DNA of 62,881 bases from Nostoc linckia z4 (GTDB taxonomy: Bacteria; Cyanobacteriota; Cyanobacteriia; Cyanobacteriales; Nostocaceae). A program made the position numbers and the translations under genes. Numbering within the stretch: the first letter of the stretch is position 1; each line of letters starts with the position of its first letter. Below, one piece after another: positions 1 to 10,174 of the stretch. The stretch covers positions 14,453-77,333 of the forward strand of contig NZ_LAHA01000035.1 of the NCBI RefSeq assembly GCF_002608075.1, in the 5' to 3' direction. The notes under the pieces were generated by a model. The model made no database searches. It saw nothing but the letters and a program-made list of their open reading frames with translations, and had not been told where the DNA came from.

Positions 1-130
1 CCTCTCAATTTCTGGCGTTGCAGAATCAAAATATGAATCATGCGATCGTTTCAAGCTTGCGGATCTGACTTAATTCGCACCTTGGGCATTTTATAGCGAT
101 CGCTCTCATTCATATTTCTATTCTCAAAAC

Positions 131-703
131 ATGGTGACGTTCCTCAATGACTTAAACAATAACGTCAAAGGTTTTGACAACTCCAATGATGTCATTAATG
201 GTCAAGGCGGTAATGACACAATTGATGGTTTAAGTGGCAATGACTATCTGCGTGGTGGAGCAGGCAATGATATCCTCATCGGTGGTGCAGGCAATGATAC
301 TCTAGCTGGCGGTGCTGGTAACGATGTGCTTACGGGTGGCAATAATGCCGATTCTTTTATTTTCAACACCAATGCCACTTTCACTAACTCTGCTGTTGGT
401 ATCGACCAAATCACTGACTTCACACGTTCTCAAGGTGACAAAATAGTTTTAGATAAAACCACCTTCAGTCAAATTACCTCTGCTGCTGGAAATGGTTTTA
501 GTAATGTGGCTGATTTTGTGGTTGTCAATTCCACCCAAATTCAACAAGGCATCACCAGCGCTGCAATTGTTTATGATGCTGTCAGTGGGGGGTTATTCTA
601 CAACGAAAATGGTAGTGCCCCTGGTTTTGGCAATGGCGGTCAATTTGCAACTCTGGCTGGTCTGCCAAATCTGTCGGCATCTGATTTTGTTATCCAAGCC
701 TAA
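131..703 (+). CDS. Hemolysin-type (RTX) calcium-binding repeat protein; the N-terminus may extend upstream
   Basis: Tandem GGxGNDxL nonapeptide beta-roll repeats ([29 protein letters not shown]) read directly from the translation. Confidence 0.6.
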   Translation: MVTFLNDLNNNVKGFDNSNDVINGQGGNDTIDGLSGNDYLRGGAGNDILIGGAGNDTLAGGAGNDVLTGGNNADSFIFNTNATFTNSAVGIDQITDFTRSQGDKIVLDKTTFSQITSAAGNGFSNVADFVVVNSTQIQQGITSAAIVYDAVSGGLFYNENGSAPGFGNGGQFATLAGLPNLSASDFVIQA

Positions 704-1204
704 GACACCCAATACTCACAGCAGGGTGCAAACAGCGTTAGATCTTCATTAAGCTAAAAAACATCTAAATTGCATAATCAAAATCTAATCATCATTAGAC
801 TTCTAAGAGAAGTGGGGAAAAGGGTAAGGGGTAAAGGGGAAAGCGGCTCATAAAAACCCTTTTCCCTTTAACCGAAACGTATTGAGGGAGAGGCTGTTGG
901 CGGCAGTCTCTCCTTTCCTCTGGGAATGACGATGGTTCAAAGAATTTGTATATTTTATTTTTTTGGAACTTCCTTAATTGAAGTGAGAAACAGCAAAGTG
1001 CTGCGGGAGCAGTGTGATACTAAATCCCAGAATTGTCCCACAATTAGGTCAAACCTCTGTAGCTGCGTTGTTGCTTGATACTCGATGCAACATTCCGCAA
1101 CAAATAAACCCTAATTAAGCAACCCTTATCAATGAAAAACCCGCCCTCGAACGCGAGAAAGCGGGTTTTAAGCAGAATGGATTTGTTTTGCTTATATCAA
1201 AGAA

Positions 1205-1651
1205 TCATTCAAGACTATTTGGGAAGAAAGCAGCAGGTGAAATATGAAAAAATTTCGCTAGTTCTTCAATGTGTCTAGTTGTTAGTTTACGCTGCTTTTT
1301 CAATATGGCCGATATAATAGATTCTGTTTTGAAAATGGGTAGTAAATCTTTTTGACGTAATCCATTTTCTTCTATCAAAACCTGAAGTAAATCTATTCCA
1401 TAAATATCAGGTATAGGCTCTTGTGCTTGTTCATACTCGTAAACCAGAGTGCCTAAAATATTAAGATAATCTTTTTCATCTAATGTTAATGGGGCACTAT
1501 CTATCAAAGAATTAATAACTTCTTGAGTAGCAAATAACTCCTCCTCAGTCTTGATAGGACGAGGAGGGAATGCTTGCAACAGTTCAATGTATGTAGGGCG
1601 TTTATTTAAACCAAGGGTCATTTTTCCATTTATTTGTATCGTACTCTGCAT
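1205..1651 (-). CDS. higA: HigA-like antitoxin, HTH (XRE-family) DNA-binding protein
   Basis: 148 aa with a C-terminal HTH-like segment (TTRHIEELAKFFHISPAAFF). It overlaps the upstream toxin ORF in the toxin-first arrangement typical of higBA. Confidence 0.55.
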   Translation of the reverse strand: MQSTIQINGKMTLGLNKRPTYIELLQAFPPRPIKTEEELFATQEVINSLIDSAPLTLDEKDYLNILGTLVYEYEQAQEPIPDIYGIDLLQVLIEENGLRQKDLLPIFKTESIISAILKKQRKLTTRHIEELAKFFHISPAAFFPNSLE

Positions 1652-1904
1652 GAGTTAATACGTTGCGAATAAATACTTTTTGACTTTGATAGTCAATAAA
1701 AGTAATAAGCCGATATTTATTTCCTTGAATATTAAAAACCGTAAGTTCACCTACTGAATCGGCAGAGTTGAAAGTTTCACGAACTTCAAGTATATTTTGC
1801 CACTTGGCTGATTTTACGGCTTTGTTCCAACCACGTAAACTAGATTCAGCATCAGGATACTTTTGATAAAAAAGTTTTAATGCTGTATTGGAAATTACAT
1901 GCAT
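1602..1904 (-). CDS. higB: HigB/RelE-family type II toxin (mRNA interferase)
   Basis: 100-aa protein. It sits upstream of an HTH antitoxin gene and overlaps it by about 50 nt on the same strand. Size and context fit a HigB-like toxin. Confidence 0.55.
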   Translation of the reverse strand: MHVISNTALKLFYQKYPDAESSLRGWNKAVKSAKWQNILEVRETFNSADSVGELTVFNIQGNKYRLITFIDYQSQKVFIRNVLTHAEYDTNKWKNDPWFK

Positions 1905-2650
1905 AGTAGATGTATTTTTTCAGAATAAATTTCATGATTTGACTTCCTTTGCAGTAGTTGAAACGACTCATAATTAATTACAACTTAGCAAATTGCTAAG
2001 TGAATGTCAACAGTTTAATGATTGGCTTTCGCTTTACCCTTATACTTCAATTAAACTCGTATACATGTTTAATGAAACAGAGAGTAGCTTTAAACCTGTA
2101 TACAGGTTTCTAGACTTCATTTAAAGGATAAAGTAATTCGTAATGGTCTACGGTTTTATCGACTTCTTGACCTTAAAACCATTCAATCCAGTCCTCTATA
2201 TCATCAGTTTCTACTACTCTCATTTTTACTTCATCAAAATCCTCTATTGTATAAAAAACTTTATATTTTCGGTTTATATCTAATGTGCTATCGCTCATAC
2301 ATTTATAAAATCTAAAACTATAAACCTGTATACAAGTATTTAATTACGCTTTTCATAATTTTATTTTTATACAAAAGTCAGTAAACTACCCTGTTTTTGA
2401 AAAAAGCAGGGGAAGCAGGGGAGGCAGGGGGAGAAGAAAGAGGGGTTATAAAAACGGATTTGGTATGAGGTAAGAAAATTAAAGTAATTTTGTCTAAATA
2501 GCTAAAACCTTCACCAGACAAGGAATCTAACCAAAATGCCAGTATGAGTGCGCCCTATTGGCGCTTGGCTGTGAGTAAATTCCAAAATTGCTTGATGTCA
2601 AAGGTTTTCAAGCATTTTGATGCAACTGAACTATTCTTCACATCTCAAGG

Positions 2651-3745
2651 TTGCATATTTTGATTTCAGTTCTCCCAAGAAGTAATACAGAAGGCAGTCA
2701 AACGATTACCTCAAACCAAATCAAACATCATTCTCATCTAAATCTAAAGTATATGCCTAACCCAAATTTGACAGACATTGCAAACAATCCAATTGTATAT
2801 GCACCTACGCAGACTGAGCCAGCAAACAAATATGCAAATTACTCACAAGCGAGTTCAGCGTTTGATATTTCTGAGGTAGATAACTTTCCCTTGGACAGCG
2901 ATTACGACCTCACAACCGAGCAAATCCATAACTTTCAGCACGATGGACATTTGCTGGTGCGCGGTGTAGTTTCTCCCAAAGAAATAGCTATCTACAAACC
3001 TGCGTTAGTAGAAACAGTTGACCGCTATGACCGAGAACAGCAAGCGATGGAAAAGACTGTTAGCGGTCAAAGTCAAGGATGGCAGTTTGTTGAAAACCTT
3101 TACCAACTCGATTTAGTTGCCCAACGCTTTGTTTTAGCTCGTCGGTTTGGCAAGATTGCTGCCGATTTATTAGGAGTTGATACTGTCCGCTTATTCCGCG
3201 ACCAATCTTATTTCAAAAAACCAGGAGGCGGTAATACACCGTGGCATCAAGATGGTTACTTTATGCCCCTAGATACAACTCAAATAGTCACAATGTGGAT
3301 TGCTTTGTCGGAGGTTTCCCCAGAAATGGCACCGATGACTTTTGCTAGCGGTTCCCACAAACAGGGCTATATCGGGGCTTCAATGCCGCTGGATGAGTCA
3401 ATGGATGAGTTTGAGCAATCCATTATTAAATCGGGGTTTCAACTCAAAAATTATGGAGCAATGGCAGCCGGAGATGCAAGTTTCCATTCTGGCTGGACGC
3501 TGCACAGTTCGCGCAAAAACACAAGCGATCGCACCCGCGAAGCCTTAGTGATTGTTTTTTACGCCGATGGAGCCAGGGTAACGATGCCCCCTGTACCCGC
3601 CAATGCTCTACCGCAGGAGCAGTTTGCCGCTGTAATTCGCCAACGCAACTTATCTACCTGTTTGCCAGGATTGAAACCGGGAGACTTGGCTGAAACTTCC
3701 ATGAATCCAATCGTTTACCGAAGAACTCTGACTTCTGAATTCTGA
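2651..3745 (+). CDS. Phytanoyl-CoA dioxygenase (PhyH)-family Fe(II)/2-oxoglutarate oxygenase; the true start may be an internal Met near 2753
   Basis: PhyH-like motifs (PWHQDGYF, HSGWTLHSS). An in-frame Met (MPNPNLTD) lies downstream of the first ATG. Confidence 0.5.
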   Translation: MHILISVLPRSNTEGSQTITSNQIKHHSHLNLKYMPNPNLTDIANNPIVYAPTQTEPANKYANYSQASSAFDISEVDNFPLDSDYDLTTEQIHNFQHDGHLLVRGVVSPKEIAIYKPALVETVDRYDREQQAMEKTVSGQSQGWQFVENLYQLDLVAQRFVLARRFGKIAADLLGVDTVRLFRDQSYFKKPGGGNTPWHQDGYFMPLDTTQIVTMWIALSEVSPEMAPMTFASGSHKQGYIGASMPLDESMDEFEQSIIKSGFQLKNYGAMAAGDASFHSGWTLHSSRKNTSDRTREALVIVFYADGARVTMPPVPANALPQEQFAAVIRQRNLSTCLPGLKPGDLAETSMNPIVYRRTLTSEF

Positions 3746-3830
3746 ATTCTTCTTCATTTTCCCATCTCAAACCTAGCGAACCAGCAACCGCCGAAATTAA
3801 TCCGATCGCTTACTCATCTTTGTTTCTGTC

Positions 3831-6068
3831 ATGGTTTACCAACGCACTCATACCTGGCTCTACTCTTTAAAAGACTCTCTGCAACCCCTCAAGCCGCATC
3901 TGACCCCCCTAGTCTGCCCGCAAGCGATAGAACAACTCGACTCTGTAAGCAGTTACTTTCCAGATGCGATCGCTTCGACTTATGGCTTTGAATATCGCCT
4001 GCAACCTTCTGCTCCAGTAGTTGACTTTGCTTTTCAAATTACCGATACCGGTCGAGACATTTTAGCAGGCTTAAACCCCCATACACGTCTGTCGGAGGAT
4101 TTTAACAAACATCCCGTTTGGCAACAAATTCAGAAGTTCTCCACCGAATGGGCAGATCCTTCTTCCTTACTCCATTACTTCATTAGCGATCTTTGGTTAG
4201 AGTTTGATTTAAAGCTGGATGGCGATACTAGTAGCTCGCCAAGTTCACTTGGCGGGGTAAAGGGGAAAGGGGAAAGGGGAAAGGTTTTAAATCCCTTACC
4301 CTTTACCCCTTCCCCCAGCCCTGACCCAGCATTTTTGGGTTGCCAGACTACTAATATCCCCATACCTGGGTTATTTTTCGGAGTGACTAGCCCACCAGAT
4401 AATTCAGGAATCTCCTTCAACTACTCTTGGATTTGGGAACAAGCTATGCCTTTATTATTAGGCACGCCTTTGCCTCCCGCCTTAGAGAAAAAATTCATCG
4501 ACTGTATCAAACGGTTGCCTCCCCGAACCAGCATTTTTCAGGTTGGGCTGATGTTTTCCCGAACCGTGGAAGCAATAAGACTCTGCCTTGTCGGTTCTCC
4601 TTCGGAATTGCTGCCATACTTGAATGAAATAGGCTGGACGGGACAGCTTGCGGAGGTAGAAAAGCTCGTCAACTCCCTTTCTGGCTGCGTTGATGGCATT
4701 ATCCTCGACCTTGATATTGGCGAACAGATTTACCCGCGAATTGGCATTGAAGGAATTTTTCTCACCCGGTACCAAGCCTGCGTAAACGGACAATGGGAAT
4801 CGCTGCTAGATTATCTAACTTCCCAAGGTTTATGTGCCAAAGAAACCAAAGATGCTTTGCTCAAATACTCTGGTTATAGCTTAGTAAAGCATCTGGGCGA
4901 TCGCATTTACGTCCGGGGGTTGAACCATATCAAACTCATTTATCAATCAGGGCAACCCCTAGCAAGCAAAATTTATTTTGGTGCAATGCATCAACCCCTG
5001 AGTAAAATACCTGGGCGTTCTGCTGAGACGGTAAGTACAGAGGACGCAACCAAGCAAGAACGTGGCGACGGGGGGAGAGTTTCCCATATCGAATCAGCCG
5101 TTACTTTTTTGCTAACTGCACGGAATTCTGAGGGGTGGTGGATTGATTTTCACCTAGCGGCTGGCTTGAGCGATGAATGGGTGACTGGTTATGTAGGAAC
5201 AATGTTAGCGAATATACCCGATTCCCGCGTTTCTAAAGCTGTTTCCACAGCTTGGAATCTGCTCAATAGTCGCCGCCATCGCGTCAATGGCAAATGGGGT
5301 TACAATCGTTTGCCCCCTGGCGATGCAGATAGTACTGGTTGGGTACTCCAGCTTGCCCGCGCTATTGGTGAGAGTAATTCAGAACGGGCGCGTCAAGCGA
5401 TGCAATCCCTAGCAGATCATAAGCGGCCGGATGGAGGTATTTGCACCTATGAGAGTGAGGAATCGATTCGGGCTTTTATTCATGCTTCTCCGGAAATCGG
5501 ATTTGCGGGTTGGTGCGGTTCCCATACTTGCGTGAGTGCGGCAATAGCAGCTTTGCCGGAATACCGCTTTCAGCTTCAAGATTATTTGCGATCGACTCAG
5601 CAAAATGATGGTAGCTGGCTGGCTTACTGGTGGCAAGATCCCGAATATGTAACAGCTCTAGCGGCTGAGGCGATCGCCGCTTGTTATCCAAATTCTGATT
5701 GTATTACCAACGCCGTGGCGTGGGGAATGAACCGCCTTAGTTCTCAGGGATTTGTCGCAACTAGCGATTGCCCCTCTGGTTCGCCATTTGCCACAGCTTG
5801 GTGCTTGCGACTGCTGATACTGAGACGGCAAGATACCGCAGTACAAGCAGCGATCGCCAAGGCAACTGATTGGTTATTAGCACAGCAACAGCCCAATGGT
5901 TCTTGGATTTCGTCAGCCAGGTTGCAAGTTCCATTACCGGATGACCTAAATCCCAATAAATTTAACCAGTGGATTTACCACGGCACGATTCAAGGCAGTG
6001 TAGTTTTTGACAAGTATTGTGTCTTCACCACCGCCACCGTATTACAAGCTCTACATCGTAGTTTATAA
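3831..6068 (+). CDS. Protein whose C-terminal ~400 aa carry squalene/terpene-cyclase or prenyltransferase-type alpha/alpha-toroid repeats
   Basis: Repeated QxxxGxW-like motifs (QQNDGSWLAYWW, QQPNGSWIS, GWWIDFHLAAG). Immediately upstream of the LanM-like gene and co-oriented with it. The low-complexity Gly/Lys/Pro segment is encoded by an inserted palindromic repeat. Confidence 0.5.
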   Translation: MVYQRTHTWLYSLKDSLQPLKPHLTPLVCPQAIEQLDSVSSYFPDAIASTYGFEYRLQPSAPVVDFAFQITDTGRDILAGLNPHTRLSEDFNKHPVWQQIQKFSTEWADPSSLLHYFISDLWLEFDLKLDGDTSSSPSSLGGVKGKGERGKVLNPLPFTPSPSPDPAFLGCQTTNIPIPGLFFGVTSPPDNSGISFNYSWIWEQAMPLLLGTPLPPALEKKFIDCIKRLPPRTSIFQVGLMFSRTVEAIRLCLVGSPSELLPYLNEIGWTGQLAEVEKLVNSLSGCVDGIILDLDIGEQIYPRIGIEGIFLTRYQACVNGQWESLLDYLTSQGLCAKETKDALLKYSGYSLVKHLGDRIYVRGLNHIKLIYQSGQPLASKIYFGAMHQPLSKIPGRSAETVSTEDATKQERGDGGRVSHIESAVTFLLTARNSEGWWIDFHLAAGLSDEWVTGYVGTMLANIPDSRVSKAVSTAWNLLNSRRHRVNGKWGYNRLPPGDADSTGWVLQLARAIGESNSERARQAMQSLADHKRPDGGICTYESEESIRAFIHASPEIGFAGWCGSHTCVSAAIAALPEYRFQLQDYLRSTQQNDGSWLAYWWQDPEYVTALAAEAIAACYPNSDCITNAVAWGMNRLSSQGFVATSDCPSGSPFATAWCLRLLILRRQDTAVQAAIAKATDWLLAQQQPNGSWISSARLQVPLPDDLNPNKFNQWIYHGTIQGSVVFDKYCVFTTATVLQALHRSL
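4254..4316. repeat. Palindromic small dispersed repeat (GGGGAAAGG-type) inserted in-frame in the 3831..6068 CDS
   Basis: ggggtaaaggggaaaggggaaaggggaaagg ... cccttaccctttaccccttccccc inverted repeat. A related element occurs at about 822..882 and about 2401..2450 in intergenic DNA. Confidence 0.7.
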
Positions 6069-6079
6069 GGAAAATTAAG

Positions 6080-9000
6080 ATGAACCCAGTTATTTCTAGT
6101 ATCTCTACACAGCAGTTGCCCGCGATCGCCAACCCCGTTATTTCTACAACTCAGTTGCAAAGCATCGTTAGCCGCGCTAGCAATCTGTTTGAACGACTCG
6201 ATCGCCAGATTTTCTCACCCTCCCCCGAAACTGATGAAAAACTCTTGCAATCGCGTCTTGAGACTTGGTGTCAGACAGTAGCAAAAGGAAATTTCGAGCA
6301 TTTTCAACAATACTTGCAATGGGATGGGCTGAATTTAGAAACAGCAAAAAGCGCGATCGCACCTGTATGTTTGCGCCACGATGCTCCCCTACCCAACTGG
6401 GCAAAGACACTCTCATCTGTTCTCAATCTTGCCTTTTCTCAGGCAGCAACAAATCTTGATGCAAAGACCTCACATCGCTTTTTGATTCCCCAGTCTCCCC
6501 TTCCCTTTGAAGAGATTCTCGCTCCATTTGTTTTATTTGCTCAACAAGAACTAATTGCTAGAACTGGCGAGTCTTACCAGAGATTAACCGATGAGGTTCA
6601 TGGTGTATTTGAACGCAGTTTGCTAGGTCAGTTAATTGACATCGCCACACAACCTTTACAGATAGCTTTTACCAGTTGGCGAGTCGCTCAACAATCCTCT
6701 TTTACTCGTCTACTGACACAGACACAAGAACTGCAAAGCCGCAACCTCTATATCCGCTTTGTTCGGGAAATGTTGCAGGGCAAACTAACTTCTTTTTTTG
6801 TAGAATATGCTGCTTTAGCAAGGTTACTGGCTACGGCAACCGAACTTTGGGTAGAATCGCAGTTAGAATTTCTGCATCACTTGGACGCAGACTGGTCAGA
6901 AATTGCAGAGAAATTTAACAACGGTTTACCTCTCGGTCAGGTGACAGCGGTGCAGCCTCTCCGATCTGACCCCCATCGCGGCAGACGCTCTGTAATTACA
7001 CTGAAAATCGAGCCAAATCTGCACTTAGTATACAAACCCAAGCATTTAGGCATTGAACAGGCGTACAATCAGTTTTTGGCTTGGTTAAACGAACAGGGTT
7101 CTCCTCTGCCTCTAAAAACCTTGCAAGTAATTAACCGCGATACTCACGGCTGGGTAGAGTTTGTCACCTCCCAAGCCTGTGAAGATACAGCCCAAATAGA
7201 ACGCCATTACCAACGGGCAGGGATGTTATTATGTTTGGTTTACGTGCTAGATGCTACCGATTGTCACTACGAAAATATCATTGCCTCTGGAGAATATCCA
7301 GTTCTAATTGATACCGAAGCTGTGATGCAGCATCGACCGAAAAACGAGTCATCAGCAAACCTACAGACTGCTCAACAACTCGCATTCCATCGCGTAGATA
7401 ATTCCGTGATGCGTACTGCCTTATTACCTGTCTGGCATCCAGCAGCCAATGGTAACTCCGGCTTTGATTTCAGTGGCTTGGGCAGCCACAATCAAGAGAC
7501 TAGGCATTATAAAGGACTCCAGTGGTCTGGCGTAAATACAGACCAGATGGCTTTAAATCAAAAGCTGCTGGCGATCGATCCATTTTTAGCTCACGTGCCA
7601 ACCTTAAATGGACAACCTGCCAATTTATCAGACTGGATAGAGGCAGTGGTGGAAGGATTTGAGCAGATGTATCGCTTCCTGCAAGAGAAACAAGACGTGT
7701 TACTCTCCCCAGATAGCCCGCTGCGGACAATGGCAAAACAGCTTGTGCGCTTTGTGTTTCGCCCCACAAACACTTATTTGAGAATTTTAAGCAAGCTCCG
7801 TAGTTCAGAGTACTTGCGGGATGGAGTTGACCGCAGTATTGGACTGGAAATCCTCAAGTTAACAGCAGCAGGCGCAACTGAAAAACCAAAATTCTGGTCT
7901 CTTCTCCAGTCTGAACGCCAACAAATGGAGCAGTTGGATGTTCCTTTTTTCTCAATTTATCCTGATACAGATGTGTTGGAGTTATCCCCAGATAGTCGCG
8001 TTGAGGGATTTTTCCAAGGTTCTAGCTTTGAATTAGTACTAGAGCGCATCAACAACCTGAGCAAATCTGATTTGGCGATACAAGTTGATTTTATCCGCAG
8101 CACTCTATATTTAAGAATGGTTCCCGGTCAAGAGATAGCTGCACCGGAAAAACCTGCCAATCAAACTTCTCTAAGCGTGCAGCAATCATCTGAGGCGATG
8201 CTGGATGAGTCAGATTTGGTTGCTGAGGTCATGGCAATTGCCCGCAGATTAAAAGAGCGAGCGATTTGCGCTCCTGATGGATCTGTAACTTGGCTTGCTC
8301 CTCAGTTTATCGCTCAACAACAGCGATTCCAATTTCAACCCACAGAACTGAGCCTTTTTGATGGCAAATTAGGAATTGCATTATTTCTGGCAGCGGTAGA
8401 GCATATTAAAAAAGATGGAGAGTTTCGAGAACTGTGTTTGGGAGCGTTGCAGGAGTTTCGTCAGGCGGTAGCCAAAATTGAACAGCCAAAAGGTGAATTC
8501 TCAAACCTGAATCTTGGCTTATCAACTGGACTAGGAGGATGGATTTACAGCCTGACTAAAATCGGTCAGTTTCTCAATGACGATCGCTTGCTTGCAGATG
8601 CTCTAAATTTGGCATACTCGATAGTACCAGAGGCAATTACTAGCGATCGCAGTTTGGATATCGCCGGCGGTACAGCAGGTACGCTTTTGAGTTTATTGGC
8701 ATTGTACCAGGTTGTTCGCGACCCAATTGTGCTAGAACGTGCCTGCCTGATTGGTCGTCATTTATTAGCCGAAAGTGTAATAACTTCTAAAGGCAGAGCT
8801 TGGAAAACGCTGGATGGTCGATTGTTAACGGGCTTTTCCCACGGAGCAGGCGGAATTGCCTACGCCCTGCTGAAACTGGCACAGGTGACGAATGATGCTG
8901 AGTTTCGGGCGGCTGCCGCAGAAGCGATCGCCTACGAACAAAGTATATTTTTACCAGAGGTAGGCAACTGGCCGGATCTCAGGGACTTTTCTAAATTTCT

Positions 9001-9448
9001 CCAAGCAAGTGCCAAATCCGAATCTTCTTCACTGATGTCTAGTTGGTGTCACGGTGCAACCGGTATCGGTTTAGCCCGCCTTGGCGGACTGCCAATGTTA
9101 GAAACTGAAGCAATCGATCGGGATATCCAAGTGGCAATCAAAACTACCCAAAAGCAACTCACCCAGAAACAAGGGATAGTAAACCAACTATGCTGCGGTC
9201 AGATGGGACAGATTGAATTTCTGCTATGTGCAGCCAGCCGATTGGGAAAACCAGATTTGTTGACAAATGCCAAAATTCATGCATTACAAATTGTGCAGCA
9301 AGCAAGACACAAAGGATATTATCTCGAACCCGCCCTACACTCAAGCGTATACGTTCCTGGTTTATTCCGTGGTGAGGTTGGTATTGGTTATACTTTGCTG
9401 CGCCTAACTCATCTGGAACAACTGCCTTCAATTCTTTTATGGGAATAG
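6080..9448 (+). CDS. lanM: Class II lanthipeptide synthetase-like protein (LanM-like: N-terminal dehydratase region plus C-terminal LanC-like cyclase)
   Basis: 1122 aa. The C-terminus has LanC-type zinc-ligand motifs (GFSHGAGGIAYALL, SWCHGATGIGLARL, LCCGQMGQIEFLL). Length and a long N-terminal domain fit LanM. Confidence 0.7.
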   Translation: MNPVISSISTQQLPAIANPVISTTQLQSIVSRASNLFERLDRQIFSPSPETDEKLLQSRLETWCQTVAKGNFEHFQQYLQWDGLNLETAKSAIAPVCLRHDAPLPNWAKTLSSVLNLAFSQAATNLDAKTSHRFLIPQSPLPFEEILAPFVLFAQQELIARTGESYQRLTDEVHGVFERSLLGQLIDIATQPLQIAFTSWRVAQQSSFTRLLTQTQELQSRNLYIRFVREMLQGKLTSFFVEYAALARLLATATELWVESQLEFLHHLDADWSEIAEKFNNGLPLGQVTAVQPLRSDPHRGRRSVITLKIEPNLHLVYKPKHLGIEQAYNQFLAWLNEQGSPLPLKTLQVINRDTHGWVEFVTSQACEDTAQIERHYQRAGMLLCLVYVLDATDCHYENIIASGEYPVLIDTEAVMQHRPKNESSANLQTAQQLAFHRVDNSVMRTALLPVWHPAANGNSGFDFSGLGSHNQETRHYKGLQWSGVNTDQMALNQKLLAIDPFLAHVPTLNGQPANLSDWIEAVVEGFEQMYRFLQEKQDVLLSPDSPLRTMAKQLVRFVFRPTNTYLRILSKLRSSEYLRDGVDRSIGLEILKLTAAGATEKPKFWSLLQSERQQMEQLDVPFFSIYPDTDVLELSPDSRVEGFFQGSSFELVLERINNLSKSDLAIQVDFIRSTLYLRMVPGQEIAAPEKPANQTSLSVQQSSEAMLDESDLVAEVMAIARRLKERAICAPDGSVTWLAPQFIAQQQRFQFQPTELSLFDGKLGIALFLAAVEHIKKDGEFRELCLGALQEFRQAVAKIEQPKGEFSNLNLGLSTGLGGWIYSLTKIGQFLNDDRLLADALNLAYSIVPEAITSDRSLDIAGGTAGTLLSLLALYQVVRDPIVLERACLIGRHLLAESVITSKGRAWKTLDGRLLTGFSHGAGGIAYALLKLAQVTNDAEFRAAAAEAIAYEQSIFLPEVGNWPDLRDFSKFLQASAKSESSSLMSSWCHGATGIGLARLGGLPMLETEAIDRDIQVAIKTTQKQLTQKQGIVNQLCCGQMGQIEFLLCAASRLGKPDLLTNAKIHALQIVQQARHKGYYLEPALHSSVYVPGLFRGEVGIGYTLLRLTHLEQLPSILLWE

Positions 9449-9460
9449 CAGCTTTTGAAT

Positions 9461-9497
9461 TTACCGCGACGTGATGCGTAGAATCAAGTCGCGGTAA
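9461..9497 (+). terminator. Putative stem-loop terminator downstream of the LanM-like gene
   Basis: 10-bp inverted repeat ttaccgcgac...gtcgcggtaa followed by a T-rich stretch (gctgtttgtt). Confidence 0.35.
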
Positions 9498-9718
9498 GCT
9501 GTTTGTTATTGTCACAATTAATTTTGCAGTTGTAGTCTAACTACCAAATCCCAACTTGTATATCTATAGAATATAGTGATAGCTATTGAGCCTAACACCA
9601 ATTATCCTCTGCTTCTATCTGTAATTGAAAAGCAATGAGATGAGATTCAATTATATTTGCTACGTCAGTTTTTTTAATTTATCTAGCGATCGCACCTTTA
9701 ATATTGCAAATAGTCTGC

Positions 9719-10174
9719 TCACTCCACCAACAACCCACTCACTACCAAAACCCTCAACTCCGTCACCCGCTTAAAAGCCGCATCATTAGTCAAAAACGCC
9801 TCACAACCAGCCATTAAAGCCGCCGCCACCTGCAACGCATCGGGTAACTGAAGGTTATAACGCACCCGAATTTTCGCGGCTTCTCGCGCAATAGCAGCAT
9901 TAATTTCTACAAAAACTACTTGTTCTTGTTGCAACATATCGACAAAAGCCTGCTCTAAATCCACTAACCCCAGACGTATAGCACCCACCAAACACTCTGA
10001 TAACGTTATTCCAGATACTACTGCTGTAATGTCAGCTTCTAACCGATCAAAAATTGGATCGACTAAATCCACAAACAACGGATTCCGTTCTACAAAATAA
10101 ATTACGGGTGCTGTGTCGAGAAATAAGCGAGAAACTCCAGCTAAGGCATCACTAATCTTCATTGTTCTGTTCAC
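9719..10174 (-). CDS. vapC: PIN-domain VapC-family toxin
   Basis: 151 aa with PIN-like acidic residues in conserved positions (LFLDTAPVIYF...TNDAAF). It overlaps an upstream small antitoxin ORF by 4 nt. Confidence 0.65.
   Translation of the reverse strand: MNRTMKISDALAGVSRLFLDTAPVIYFVERNPLFVDLVDPIFDRLEADITAVVSGITLSECLVGAIRLGLVDLEQAFVDMLQQEQVVFVEINAAIAREAAKIRVRYNLQLPDALQVAAALMAGCEAFLTNDAAFKRVTELRVLVVSGLLVE

Noticed and set aside
492-752. 86-aa ORF overlapping the RTX protein gene in another frame
   Set aside because: It is embedded in a well-supported repeat-protein CDS and its composition is typical of an out-of-frame read.
4175-4793. Minus- and plus-strand ORFs (4175..4420, 4427..4627, 4482..4793) inside the 3831..6068 gene
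   Set aside because: They are antisense or overlapping with the longer, motif-bearing ORF. One is generated by the palindromic repeat.
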